A DNA stretch of 24,873 bases, taken from IMG/VR virus record IMGVR_UViG_3300017747_000749, positions 1 to 24,873 of that record. The stretch is one strand, 5' to 3'. Below, piece by piece: positions 7,949 to 17,139 of the stretch. Below the pieces are notes generated by a model. It did no database searches. It saw nothing but the letters and a program-made list of their open reading frames with translations, and was not told the DNA's origin. The position numbers and the translations under genes were made by a program. How positions within the stretch are numbered: position 1 is the first letter of the stretch; each line of letters opens with the position of its first letter. Origin of the DNA: a virus (taxonomy: Duplodnaviria; Caudoviricetes).

Positions 7949-8983
7949 CTAAAAAATGTGTGTCAAACGAGCAACCTGTCCAAATTCTTTGTGATGAATG
8001 AAGCCTTCAACTGCTTTCGGAACACCCGTGTAGCCGTTTCGGTGATGCCAGCTATCAGTTCCTGAAGGTGAGCGCAATGATTCTACTGTAACTCCGATGT
8101 AATCCTTTGACGTTTTGTGATGAACGTGGTGCGTGTAAACGTAGCGGTGCTTGGTCTGACTCCATTCAACAGGAAACTCAGTTGCCATCAATAAAGGTAA
8201 GTCTTGATGTTTCGCTCCATCTCCGTGAGTCGTTCCGATAAGGTTCTTTCCGTATTGGAAGCCTTTTCGATGTGCAATAGAGCAGTCAAAAGATATGTTC
8301 TTAGCATCTTTAAACCAAGTCTGAATAACGTCAGCAAGAAAGAAGCCGTGAGTATAATCGTGATTTGAGGGATTGAAAGTGAAATGTACATCAGCCACCC
8401 CAATGAGTTTTTCAAGAATTTCGACATAAAGTTTTTTAGCTATTAGAAAGTTTGAGTACCACATTCCATCCGTGTCTTGTGGAGTTCCTGACGTTGTAGT
8501 CCGTTTTGGAGTATCGATGTGCAGAATGTCGTTTCCGCCTATAAATAGAATCTTGTCGATATGAAATCCGCTTGCTTTGTCTAAAATGCCTTGTACGCCT
8601 TCTAAGACACGTTGTACTGCGATTTGGTTGTTATATACTTCTCCTACTTCGAAAGCATCGCAGAGCTTACCTATGTGTATGTCTGCAGGGTCTATGACTA
8701 ATAAGTGTCCGTCTTTGCTTTGAGTCCGTGTTATTGTAGGATATTTCGGTGCATAAACACGAATCTCATCTAATATACTGGCACGAATCTTCTCGTAATT
8801 CTGCTCTTCCTGTTCCTTAAAGTTTGGATTTTTAAAGAACAATGAAGCATTCTTTGATTTTAGCCAACCGTGTTTAACGTCAGCATCGTTTAAGCCCATC
8901 TCATTGGACTCTCTTTGAATTGCACGGTATTGAGAAACTATCTCAAATTCTTCTCGTGTAATTCTTGGTCTGAATTTACTCAT
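7949..8983 (-). CDS. calcineurin-like metallophosphoesterase
   Basis: DIH, GND, NHD, HGD and HVH metal-binding motifs in canonical order. Confidence 0.8.
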   Translation of the reverse strand: MSKFRPRITREEFEIVSQYRAIQRESNEMGLNDADVKHGWLKSKNASLFFKNPNFKEQEEQNYEKIRASILDEIRVYAPKYPTITRTQSKDGHLLVIDPADIHIGKLCDAFEVGEVYNNQIAVQRVLEGVQGILDKASGFHIDKILFIGGNDILHIDTPKRTTTSGTPQDTDGMWYSNFLIAKKLYVEILEKLIGVADVHFTFNPSNHDYTHGFFLADVIQTWFKDAKNISFDCSIAHRKGFQYGKNLIGTTHGDGAKHQDLPLLMATEFPVEWSQTKHRYVYTHHVHHKTSKDYIGVTVESLRSPSGTDSWHHRNGYTGVPKAVEGFIHHKEFGQVARLTHIF

Positions 8984-9417
8984 AAAGGAATTTTAGAAAA
9001 CTTTAGAAGCCAGTTTGCAATAAAACCAGTTCCGAAGCCTATTATAAACAGCCACAAGTTAGGCTTTTTTTTGTTATCTCTTTCTTTTTTCCATTTAACC
9101 ACCTCTACTTTTTCAACCATTTTCAATGTATCTCGTTTTAGTCTATACTCAATACGTGTTTCTAATCGCGTTTTAGGCACTTTAGAAGCCTTGTAACGCA
9201 CTATCGTATCTTTTTGGACTAACACCCTTTCCCACATAATAGAATCTCTTAAAACGTACGGAATTGAGTCAATCGAAGTTATCGTAATTGTATCAGCAAT
9301 AGTGTCGCATATGTAACCTTTCTTTATTGCTTTGCGTAAATGGTAGTTTGCCGAGCAAGAAGTCAGCAAAAACACGAACAAAAGGTATTTAGCTACCGAT
9401 TTCAAAGTGCATTCCAT
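8980..9417 (-). CDS. lipoprotein, probable unimolecular spanin
   Basis: Signal peptide with lipobox LTSC, beta-rich middle and C-terminal TM; in the lysis cassette; exact start uncertain. Confidence 0.7.
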   Translation of the reverse strand: MECTLKSVAKYLLFVFLLTSCSANYHLRKAIKKGYICDTIADTITITSIDSIPYVLRDSIMWERVLVQKDTIVRYKASKVPKTRLETRIEYRLKRDTLKMVEKVEVVKWKKERDNKKKPNLWLFIIGFGTGFIANWLLKFSKIPL

Positions 9418-9904
9418 AAATTGGTTTTTTATTTTTTACTGACCACGACACAGAGCCGCTGCCTAATTTATAATATCGTTGCGCTTCTGACATAGAACCA
9501 AATTCTTTATTATTATCAGTAACACATATTACTTTTTTACTTCTATTGTGTTCACTACCAAACTTACCTTTATAATGAAGTGGTCTGTATTTTTTCATTC
9601 CACTATCATACATATGCTGAATGTTTTCAGAAAATGAACACCATTCTAAATTTGATAATTCGTTGTTTTGCTTGTTACCATCTTTATGGTTCACATAATT
9701 TTTACCTTCTACTTGCTCAATAAATGCAAAAGCTAATGCTCTATGTATAAAACGACCGGCTTGTTTGCCGTTAATTTTTACACTTACACATTGATAACCG
9801 CTATTTGACAAATGTTGCTTCAAAATTTTACCTCGTTTGTTGTATACATTTCCGTTTTCGTCTACAAAATAATCATTTCCTAAATACTCAATTTGCTTTT
9901 TCAT
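9389..9904 (-). CDS. HNH homing endonuclease (NUMOD4-like / HNH / NUMOD1-like)
   Basis: HRALA..F, VNHKDGNKQNNELSNLEW and FGSMSEA motifs; start revised to MKKQIE. Confidence 0.9.
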   Translation of the reverse strand: MKKQIEYLGNDYFVDENGNVYNKRGKILKQHLSNSGYQCVSVKINGKQAGRFIHRALAFAFIEQVEGKNYVNHKDGNKQNNELSNLEWCSFSENIQHMYDSGMKKYRPLHYKGKFGSEHNRSKKVICVTDNNKEFGSMSEAQRYYKLGSGSVSWSVKNKKPIYGMHFEIGS

Positions 9905-9918
9905 ATATCTTTTTATTG

Positions 9919-9926
9919 CAAAGATA
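9919..9926 (-). promoter_or_regulatory. -7 element (TATCTTTG) for the HNH gene
   Basis: TAnnTTTG about 15 nt upstream of ATG 9904. Confidence 0.6.
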
Positions 9927-9946
9927 TAACTATTATGCATATAGAG

Positions 9947-10411
9947 TTAAAAGTTTACTTCAAAATGTTGCCAATCGTAGTTCTTTTCTTTACCAAGTGA
10001 AATAAATCCGTGTTTGTAGAAGATTTCTATCATCGGAGCGTATTCAGGTCGAGCGAATCTTGCAGTCTTACTGGTTTCCTTCAAAGTATTTCGTGCAGGG
10101 TCTAAGTCGATAGCAATACCCCAAGCGTGCTTACTCCAAGACGAACCGCCACGCATTTTACGAAAGTTAAAACATCCGCCGTAAAGGTCGATACCAAGCT
10201 CCACTATCTTATTATACCCATATACCTCTAAAAGTTCGTTAAACACGCTTAAAAACGCATCTGCTACGTCTTTGTGGCAACGCATCTTTGTTACTTTAGA
10301 ATCAGTATCCCAAGCAATGCGCATTGGATAAGGTAGGTTAATGGTTTTTAGATACGTTCCCTTTTCGTTAGGTTGTCCGTATTTTTGTAAGGCTTGTGCG
10401 GTTGTTAGCAT
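9947..10411 (-). CDS. endolysin, M15-family peptidase
   Basis: R...[10 protein letters not shown] (SxHxxGxAxD) and C-terminal DWQHFE. Confidence 0.88.
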   Translation of the reverse strand: MLTTAQALQKYGQPNEKGTYLKTINLPYPMRIAWDTDSKVTKMRCHKDVADAFLSVFNELLEVYGYNKIVELGIDLYGGCFNFRKMRGGSSWSKHAWGIAIDLDPARNTLKETSKTARFARPEYAPMIEIFYKHGFISLGKEKNYDWQHFEVNF

Positions 10412-10509
10412 ATATTAAGTGTTTTTCTCCTTAATTAAGTAAATAACCCCCGACAACAGTATCATCGGTGGAACGCAGGGCAGTTCCTATGGTATGCGTC
10501 TGCGTGAGG

Positions 10510-10932
10510 TTACTTTAATTCTTCTACTTGCTCTTTGCTACGTTTAACAAAGGCTATAAACTTATCCCAAACATTGATACCAGTAACCGAGAAGTAACTC
10601 TCGTTGATTGACTTTACTTCCGTGAATACGCAGAACGCAGTAAATGCTTTTGTGAGTAGTAAGTCAACTGAAATGAAATATCCTAATAAATCAGCTAAGA
10701 TGAACTTTTCAAGTAAGAAGATAAATACTATCGCACCTGAGTACAAAAGGCTCTTAGAAATCGTATTAGAAAGCCTACGAGAGCGAATAGATGCCCATCC
10801 GTTTTTACGTACACTTCTCCAAATTCCAAAGAACATATCGAGAACAATAGTTGCTACTGCCATAAGCACCATCGGCTTAACTGGTGCTAAGACGGAAATC
10901 ATAGAAATAATGAGGATAGATTTAGTTTTCAT
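10510..10932 (-). CDS. holin
   Basis: Several TM segments, D..FG, EVKSINE motif; upstream of endolysin; start revised to MKTKSI. Confidence 0.78.
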   Translation of the reverse strand: MKTKSILIISMISVLAPVKPMVLMAVATIVLDMFFGIWRSVRKNGWASIRSRRLSNTISKSLLYSGAIVFIFLLEKFILADLLGYFISVDLLLTKAFTAFCVFTEVKSINESYFSVTGINVWDKFIAFVKRSKEQVEELK

Positions 10933-11080
10933 AATTTTCAATAACGTGCCAAGTAAGGTAAAAAGCAATACAAGCGGCAAAGAGTTTATGATACAGGTGT
11001 TCTCCTTCAAATATTAAAGCTATAGAAGTAGCGTAGCCACATAAGAAGTACATTGCTCCTATTGCTTCCTTATGCTTCAT
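10922..11080 (-). CDS. 52-aa small membrane protein
   Basis: Read by hand: MKHKEAIGAMYFLCGYATSIALIFEGEHLYHKLFAACIAFYLTWHVIENYEN; overlaps both neighbours. Confidence 0.6.
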   Translation of the reverse strand: MKHKEAIGAMYFLCGYATSIALIFEGEHLYHKLFAACIAFYLTWHVIENYEN

Positions 11081-11273
11081 CTACAGGTGTGTATTCAACT
11101 CGCTCAAGTGCATCGAGTTGTTCGTGAATCTCGCTAAAGTTTGGGTCATTCAAGACCTCAAGACCTACGATAAATTTTCCACTTCCGTCAATAGCAAAAA
11201 TCAAAATGCTTTCGTTTTTTCGGTAGCCGTTAAGTTGAGCGTACTGCTCATTGTTTGCGTGTAGAACTATCAT
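11070..11273 (-). CDS. hypothetical protein, possible fibre-associated chaperone
   Basis: ATGA-coupled to the fibre-like gene. Confidence 0.6.
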   Translation of the reverse strand: MIVLHANNEQYAQLNGYRKNESILIFAIDGSGKFIVGLEVLNDPNFSEIHEQLDALERVEYTPVDEA

Positions 11274-12139
11274 AATGAATTTTTATAAGTATTCCAATCT
11301 GCGATAAATGCCGAGTGTTCAGAAATCAACGATGCGCCCATTGCATACGCTGCACAAGTGTGACTTCCAAATGTTGTAAATCCTTTCAGTATAAATTGAT
11401 TCACTGATAATACTGACGTTGATGCTTGAATCAATGTTGAGCCTGTTGTACTATTGTAAAGCGTTACACTTGTTGAACTTGTACGATGTATTGACTTGGT
11501 GTTAACCGCAGTAGTGTAATCAAACATACCGCTTAATGTTCCAGTCGTACCCGAGTTTATTCTATGTGAAGTAACATTCCCTCGAGTTATACTATTTGAG
11601 TTTGTTGCGTCTACTCCATCAAATCTACCTGTACCTACTGCGTGACTAAAGAAATAGCGTGAAGCATCATTTAAAGTATAATTTACACCTTGCGTTGCGG
11701 GATTAAAGTTAGTGTTAATATAGCTGCTTGTTCCGTTACCTTGAAAACCTCCATTATTTACAAATGTAGGGGAGCTTACAAGTGTGCTTTGATTAGCGTT
11801 AGGATTCTTCCAATTTAAAGTAGCAAATGCGCTACCACCATCTTGAGCAAACACGTAAAACACGTCAAGTTTAGACCACACGCCTGAAGCCTTGAGGGAA
11901 GCAAGTAACGTGTTTTGCTTTAGTTTAACGGCATCAGATGGCAATGTATAACCCAAAGTAGTTGCCTTATCTAAAATTGCTTGGTATTCGTCTTCATATG
12001 CAAAGCCTACAATGTCAGTTAAGCCTGCCCAAGATAACTCGTGAGAATCTCCCCACGAAATAGAATTGTTGACTGCTCCTTGACCCCATCCAATGGAGTT
12101 GTTAGATGCTCCGTCTCCCCATCCGTTGCTATTTGCCAT
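11270..12139 (-). CDS. fibre / receptor-binding-like structural protein
   Basis: N-terminal WG repeats; S/T/G/N-rich beta-type C-terminus (GNGTSSYINT). Confidence 0.55.
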   Translation of the reverse strand: MANSNGWGDGASNNSIGWGQGAVNNSISWGDSHELSWAGLTDIVGFAYEDEYQAILDKATTLGYTLPSDAVKLKQNTLLASLKASGVWSKLDVFYVFAQDGGSAFATLNWKNPNANQSTLVSSPTFVNNGGFQGNGTSSYINTNFNPATQGVNYTLNDASRYFFSHAVGTGRFDGVDATNSNSITRGNVTSHRINSGTTGTLSGMFDYTTAVNTKSIHRTSSTSVTLYNSTTGSTLIQASTSVLSVNQFILKGFTTFGSHTCAAYAMGASLISEHSAFIADWNTYKNSL

Positions 12140-12227
12140 CTTTGTTTAGTTTAGTTAGAAAAACACGGAGTTTCTCAATGTTCTCTTGTTTTGGTTTATA
12201 CGTTCCTACCTTTGTTCGTGTTCTCAT
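12129..12227 (-). CDS. 32-aa basic peptide
   Basis: Read by hand: MRTRTKVGTYKPKQENIEKLRVFLTKLNKDGK; ATGA-coupled. Confidence 0.6.
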   Translation of the reverse strand: MRTRTKVGTYKPKQENIEKLRVFLTKLNKDGK

Positions 12228-12724
12228 AGATACCAACCTGTGTAATTATTTGACGTGTCAGGATACATATCCCCGTTAGTGTTCGTAGTGTACTCAGGGA
12301 ATAAGTCATTGTTGAAGCAGATGTAGTCAATGAATCTCTCAGTATAGTGCTGAGCAATCTGACGCTCTTTCTCGATTAAAAAGTCTACTTCGTTTTTTTC
12401 TACGTTCTCGCTATTCTCAGACGAATGCTTGTAGACACCTTTGTTAGCGATTGTATAAGCCGCAAAAGGGAGATATTCCACCATTGCCCAATGGATTAGC
12501 ATTGGCTTGACGTAAGTCTCTACCAAAGTTTCGTAGTTACCAGTAAGAGTACCTGCTACGATGTCAGCTTGAATCTTCTGCAGTAACTTCGTACCTAAAT
12601 AGTTTTGAATGTGAATATCTTGAGATATTTTGACGAATTGTATGAACTTGTCAGTATCTACGTTACCATTTACCGCAGTAAATCGAACTAAATCGTCTCT
12701 TGTTATGAGTAGTGCAGTTGCCAT
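12224..12724 (-). CDS. probable head-tail adaptor
   Basis: Helical 166-aa protein directly after portal; QDIHIQNYLG motif. Confidence 0.6.
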   Translation of the reverse strand: MATALLITRDDLVRFTAVNGNVDTDKFIQFVKISQDIHIQNYLGTKLLQKIQADIVAGTLTGNYETLVETYVKPMLIHWAMVEYLPFAAYTIANKGVYKHSSENSENVEKNEVDFLIEKERQIAQHYTERFIDYICFNNDLFPEYTTNTNGDMYPDTSNNYTGWYL

Positions 12725-14514
12725 TATTTATCTCCGTAAATTGGGTTAGTAGGTAAAAAGCCGTTATGTGGCATATCAACAGGTCTTACAAATACTTCTT
12801 GTGGATTCCTAACTCGATATCCTGCTTTTTCTGCTTTGTTAGTGCTGATTGTTTTAGCGTTTGGATTGGTTGGGTCAATTCCCATACCCTCCTCAAATGA
12901 TACATAAGTTCTACGCAACCATTTGTGATGGCAGTTACCTCCGCCTTTGTATTTAAAAATGTCGTATGTAGCAGCTCCGTTAGCACCCCATCCTGCATTT
13001 ACAGGTTGATTGCTCATTCTAACGATGTCTTCTTTACGATAAACCTTATTTGCAGCAGTCATCTTCTTGCAGAACTCACGAGATTTAGCAGATGTATCAC
13101 CTGAATAAACGTAGCGAGTAATGAATTGGAATCCGTCAATAACTTTGTCTTGCTCTGACTTGGCTTTAGGATTCGCAGTTCCTGTACTTACGAAGTTGTA
13201 AACTTTAGATAAAAGTGATTGCTTAGGTTTGCTTGCCATTTCTATTTCTGCGTCTATTGCATCTTCTTGGTCAAGGTCAACCTCAAACTCATCAATCAAC
13301 ACCCACTTTTCATCAGGCATCTCTCCGCACTCAATGAGTGCATCAGCAATTTCTTTGTCAAGTCTTTCGTGTTTGCTTAACTCAGTTCCTGTTTCCTCAG
13401 CTACTTGCTCTTGGTTTTGAGCGTTCTCCAAATCCGTAAATTCAAGCGGTTTAAGCGTCTTAAAGAATAAGTTTAGGGATATGCCGTTAAATGCTAAGAT
13501 AGTGTCTAAGGCTTCAAGTATTTCATCCTGAAGTGGCTTAATCACCATATTGTTAAATAGGATAAACGAGTTTTGAAGCTCGTCAGCGTTAGAACTGAAT
13601 CCGTTAGCACCTGCAATACCGAAAAGTAGCGGAGATGTTACGTTGTGTCCAAGCATAATCTTTCTCATACACTCCTCACTTAAATATGTGTAGTGTTCAG
13701 GAGCATCATTCAAAGGCAAATCGTCAACGGTTGTTTTCGTGTCCATATTGTCGTTGAACGCTACGATAACTTTCTGACCTTTGCTACCAGTCAACTTACC
13801 TAAGACTTTGTTTGTAATGATTGATTGTTGCTCCTCAGTAGGCACTCCGTTATTGAAGTTGACCACTTTAGTTCCTGAAAATCCGTTCTGAACCTCGTTG
13901 ATTAAGTAATCAGCTATCTCTTCCTCTAAAAGTGCGTAAGGTACTGCGCCTTGGTAGTCAGGATAAGCGTAATACTTCATACCTACTGCGTAAGGCTTAG
14001 AGAATAGTATCTCAATCTTGTCTTTAGAGTATCCGTATGCAGGTATTCTTTTAGGCGGGTATTTCTTTACATCAGTCCAATCGTCAGAATAGTAGTAGGC
14101 TTCAATTTCTCCGTCTTTATTGCACTTCTCAGCACGCAATAAGTTTACTGGCATATGGAAAGCCTTTAGGATTCTATCGTGCTTATCGTTGTAGTGTACC
14201 TGAATAGCGAACTGACCAAGCATCTTTCTATCGATTGCAATCTTACGCAAGCACTCTTTGTTGAAAAGAGCCATCGCCTGAGCGTATTCGTTAGGCTTAC
14301 GAGAAGCATCAGTTGCACTCAATCCACGCCCATAGACAAGACGTGAGATATTATTGATAATTGCGTTGTTTGTAGTGGAGTTAGTGTATCTATCCAAGAG
14401 GAAAGAGTAGTAGTTGTTATCTTCTCCAAAGTCAACCCACGCATCACGCTTACTCTCCTGAATGACGGGAGTAGTGTATGCGGATAGATTTAAGACGTGT
14501 ACGTTGTTACTCAT
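12724..14514 (-). CDS. portal protein with C-terminal extension
   Basis: Size, position and portal-like motifs (NGFSG, IMLGH.V.SP.LFG, IKPLQ); extra domain with SREFC and GGGNCHHKW. Confidence 0.75.
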   Translation of the reverse strand: MSNNVHVLNLSAYTTPVIQESKRDAWVDFGEDNNYYSFLLDRYTNSTTNNAIINNISRLVYGRGLSATDASRKPNEYAQAMALFNKECLRKIAIDRKMLGQFAIQVHYNDKHDRILKAFHMPVNLLRAEKCNKDGEIEAYYYSDDWTDVKKYPPKRIPAYGYSKDKIEILFSKPYAVGMKYYAYPDYQGAVPYALLEEEIADYLINEVQNGFSGTKVVNFNNGVPTEEQQSIITNKVLGKLTGSKGQKVIVAFNDNMDTKTTVDDLPLNDAPEHYTYLSEECMRKIMLGHNVTSPLLFGIAGANGFSSNADELQNSFILFNNMVIKPLQDEILEALDTILAFNGISLNLFFKTLKPLEFTDLENAQNQEQVAEETGTELSKHERLDKEIADALIECGEMPDEKWVLIDEFEVDLDQEDAIDAEIEMASKPKQSLLSKVYNFVSTGTANPKAKSEQDKVIDGFQFITRYVYSGDTSAKSREFCKKMTAANKVYRKEDIVRMSNQPVNAGWGANGAATYDIFKYKGGGNCHHKWLRRTYVSFEEGMGIDPTNPNAKTISTNKAEKAGYRVRNPQEVFVRPVDMPHNGFLPTNPIYGDK

Positions 14515-14836
14515 AAACTATGAACGTATTTGATGTAGTGTTAGATGTATATTGTCCGTTATTTACGGAGAATGAGACGATGTTTTGGTCAGTACAAAAG
14601 ATTCTATCCTTGTAAACGATGTCCGTGTTTTTGTAAAGTACCAAATCGTAAAAATGTCCTTCTTTTAAAGCGAAAGTCGCCGTAATAGTATTTACGTAAT
14701 CTCCGCTTGTTTGAGATGTGATAGCTACCGTTACTGGTGTGTTCGTTTGGTCATCCGTAATTACCATTGATGTAGGTATGTCTCTTGGAATAAAAGAGAA
14801 GGTTTGTGCGGATGTAGATGTCGTTAGTACAATCAT
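14507..14836 (-). CDS. structural hypothetical protein (beta-rich)
   Basis: Start revised to MIVLTT because the longer start lies in a terminator. Confidence 0.65.
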   Translation of the reverse strand: MIVLTTSTSAQTFSFIPRDIPTSMVITDDQTNTPVTVAITSQTSGDYVNTITATFALKEGHFYDLVLYKNTDIVYKDRIFCTDQNIVSFSVNNGQYTSNTTSNTFIVYE

Positions 14837-14875
14837 ATTAAAGTAACTAAGATTGTAGCGATTTGTTTTAAATGC

Positions 14876-14899
14876 AAAAAGGGTAGCCAAAGCCACCCT
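14876..14899 (-). terminator. intrinsic terminator
   Basis: AGGGUGGC-UUUG-GCUACCCU stem followed by U residues. Confidence 0.75.
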
Positions 14900-14923
14900 C
14901 TTTACACGCTATGAAGAAAACGA

Positions 14924-15484
14924 TTATGCAGTTACGATAGTAGCCGTTCCGAATACATCTCCTGCTGAACCTGCAAGACCTGCTTCGTTAGTACAATCAA
15001 GAAGATTGGCGAGCAAAGTCTCGGTCGCTACAAAAGTCAAGGTATATCCGTTTAGGTCACCCATTGCAGTACCATTTGACACGTTAGCAGTAGTCAATTC
15101 TGAGCCGTGTTCAAGACCCATTAAGAAGAATTGGTTGTTGCGGTTGCGAACTACGATGTGCGGTCTTCCGTAAGCTAACAATTTAACTGACTTGTGTGTA
15201 GTAGCATCTTGCTTCTTTAAAGTCATTGTTAAAGTTTGCTCAACGAATGTAGTTCCGTTTTCACGAGAAGAGTTTACAACTTGCTCAAAAGAGTTAGTTC
15301 CTTTAAGTTCGTATTTGTAGAGAGAAGATACGTTACCTACCGTGTCGATAGTATCAGTACCTGCTACATAAGCTACGTCAGTTTCAGGATTGAAATCCCC
15401 GTAGTTAATGAAGTATACTGCATCGATACCACCGACTGCGTCTTTACATACTTCCAAGCGTCCATTTGCTAAATCACAAGACAT
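14924..15484 (-). CDS. major structural protein, probably tail tube
   Basis: Beta-rich 186-aa protein after the capsid gene, with its own terminator; C...CKD.VGGI and GYTLTF motifs. Confidence 0.55.
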   Translation of the reverse strand: MSCDLANGRLEVCKDAVGGIDAVYFINYGDFNPETDVAYVAGTDTIDTVGNVSSLYKYELKGTNSFEQVVNSSRENGTTFVEQTLTMTLKKQDATTHKSVKLLAYGRPHIVVRNRNNQFFLMGLEHGSELTTANVSNGTAMGDLNGYTLTFVATETLLANLLDCTNEAGLAGSAGDVFGTATIVTA

Positions 15485-15506
15485 ATTTTTAAGTTTTAAA
15501 TGTTAT

Positions 15507-15540
15507 AAAAAAGGGAGGGAAGTTTTTTACCGCCCTCCCC
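15507..15540 (-). terminator. terminator after major capsid gene
   Basis: GGGAGGG/CCCTCCC stem plus U6. Confidence 0.75.
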
Positions 15541-15562
15541 GATTATTTGAGTTTAGCTAAGA

Positions 15563-16513
15563 TTAGTTAGCAGAGTTTGTGATTCCGTAAGTAACAACGT
15601 CAGAAGCAAAACCATATTTAGCGTCTGCGGTGAAGCGCATAACTACACGTACGTTTTGTGAACCATCGATGTCACCCATATCCAAAACTTTAACTTCGTT
15701 CATATCAGAAAGAAGACCAGTAGCGAAGTAAAGGTTAGATTTTTGAGTCAACAATGCGGTGTTAGCAGCAAGACCGTTAGCCATAAATACACGAACACCG
15801 TCAAAGTATACGTCACCAAGAACTTGGTTTGTACCTTTGTTATCGTAACCATTAGCACCTACACCTGAAGCAGCGAAGCCACCCAATGCACGAACATAAG
15901 CACGATAGATATTAGAAGAAACGTAAAGAGTCAAATCTTCTTTTCCGTAAAGAGCAGCAGGACAAGCGTCAACGATTTTACCAAGCTCAGTAATTACGTT
16001 AGCAGCGGTTACAGTAGTACCAGCAACTTCTTGAGCAGCAGGGAGGTTTGCGTCAGTAGTCAACTGAGTCATAATACCTGCAAACTGACCTGCAGTTGCG
16101 TTAACACCTTGCCAAATTGAAGTCTCCATACCTGCAGCAACTTTCTCAGCAGCGTGTGCGATTAAGAAGTCAGCGAAAGATTTAGGAAGAACGTCAAATG
16201 CAGAGTAACCCATTTGAATGGCATCCCAATCGCTGCGAAAGTCTGACTTGCACAATTGTAACGCAACTTGGAAGCTCTCTGGCTGTAATATCTTCTCTGT
16301 CAATGTGATAGTAGACGTAGGGTCAAAATCACAAGTAGCGTTTTTGATGATGTCATCAGTAGCAACGCGTTTGATAACTTGCTTATATTTGACGTTAGGC
16401 ATAATAGTGATACCGCCTTTGTCGAGGGTTGGAGCAGACAATAAAGCTGCTGCGATGTACTTACCTGCGAACTCGCCTGCGTAAGTAGTAGTGATTGAAG
16501 TTGTTGTTGGCAT
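15563..16513 (-). CDS. major capsid protein
   Basis: 316 aa; order protease-scaffold-this gene-terminator. Confidence 0.75.
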   Translation of the reverse strand: MPTTTSITTTYAGEFAGKYIAAALLSAPTLDKGGITIMPNVKYKQVIKRVATDDIIKNATCDFDPTSTITLTEKILQPESFQVALQLCKSDFRSDWDAIQMGYSAFDVLPKSFADFLIAHAAEKVAAGMETSIWQGVNATAGQFAGIMTQLTTDANLPAAQEVAGTTVTAANVITELGKIVDACPAALYGKEDLTLYVSSNIYRAYVRALGGFAASGVGANGYDNKGTNQVLGDVYFDGVRVFMANGLAANTALLTQKSNLYFATGLLSDMNEVKVLDMGDIDGSQNVRVVMRFTADAKYGFASDVVTYGITNSAN

Positions 16514-16534
16514 TTCTTCGTTTAAATTAAATTA

Positions 16535-17137
16535 TTAAATGTTATTGAATTTTTCAAGGATTGAATCCATTGTAGAACGACTGCGATTTTTAGCAAGGCG
16601 CATTACTTCTACTTTAGTTTCGTTTTCAGGGTTGAATGAAATAGGTTTAGGCTCTTCGCTCAATTCAACTGGTGCGACTTCTTCTGCAACTTCAGTAGAT
16701 AAATTGAGTTGTGCTTTCAACTCTTCGTTTTCTTTTTTCAAGGCTTCGATTTCGCTAAAGAAAGATTCTTTAGTTACTGATTCGATGATTTTCTTTGCAG
16801 TAGGTGCAGCAGCCATTTCTTCTTCAGGCATCTTACCTGTTTCAACTTCGGCTTCAGGAGCTTCAACTTCTACCTCTACTTCTGCTTCAGCAGCTTCACG
16901 GATGTCAGCAATGATACCTTCTTCGATTACTACCAAGATGCGACCATCTTCTAACTCATAGTCACCTACAGGAAGTGCAATACGTTGTTCGTCTTCAGTT
17001 AGGATGAACACAGGTTGACCTGCTTCAAATACTTCTGCTTCAAGCATAGATACGCCATCAGTAAGGCGCATAGTTTCCAACTTTACTTCCATTCCAAGAA
17101 GTGTGCGGACTTTGTTTAAAATTGATTTTTCGTTCAT
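16535..17137 (-). CDS. capsid scaffolding protein
   Basis: E-rich coiled-coil, P.GDYELEDG motif, directly upstream of capsid gene. Confidence 0.7.
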   Translation of the reverse strand: MNEKSILNKVRTLLGMEVKLETMRLTDGVSMLEAEVFEAGQPVFILTEDEQRIALPVGDYELEDGRILVVIEEGIIADIREAAEAEVEVEVEAPEAEVETGKMPEEEMAAAPTAKKIIESVTKESFFSEIEALKKENEELKAQLNLSTEVAEEVAPVELSEEPKPISFNPENETKVEVMRLAKNRSRSTMDSILEKFNNI

Positions 17138-17139
17138 AA

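Noticed and set aside
9413-9970. Group I intron in the endolysin gene
   Set aside because: HNH fills nearly the whole insert, no ribozyme core is visible and the endolysin is already complete
10455-10470. Hammerhead ribozyme core (CCGAUGA)
   Set aside because: Not CUGAUGA and no properly placed GAAA
7919-14940. Micro-ORFs from the two intergenic plus-strand ACGCTATG copies (MSRMVR, MKKTIMQLR)
   Set aside because: Only 6 and 9 codons with no evident plus-strand promoter; the antisense reading fits better
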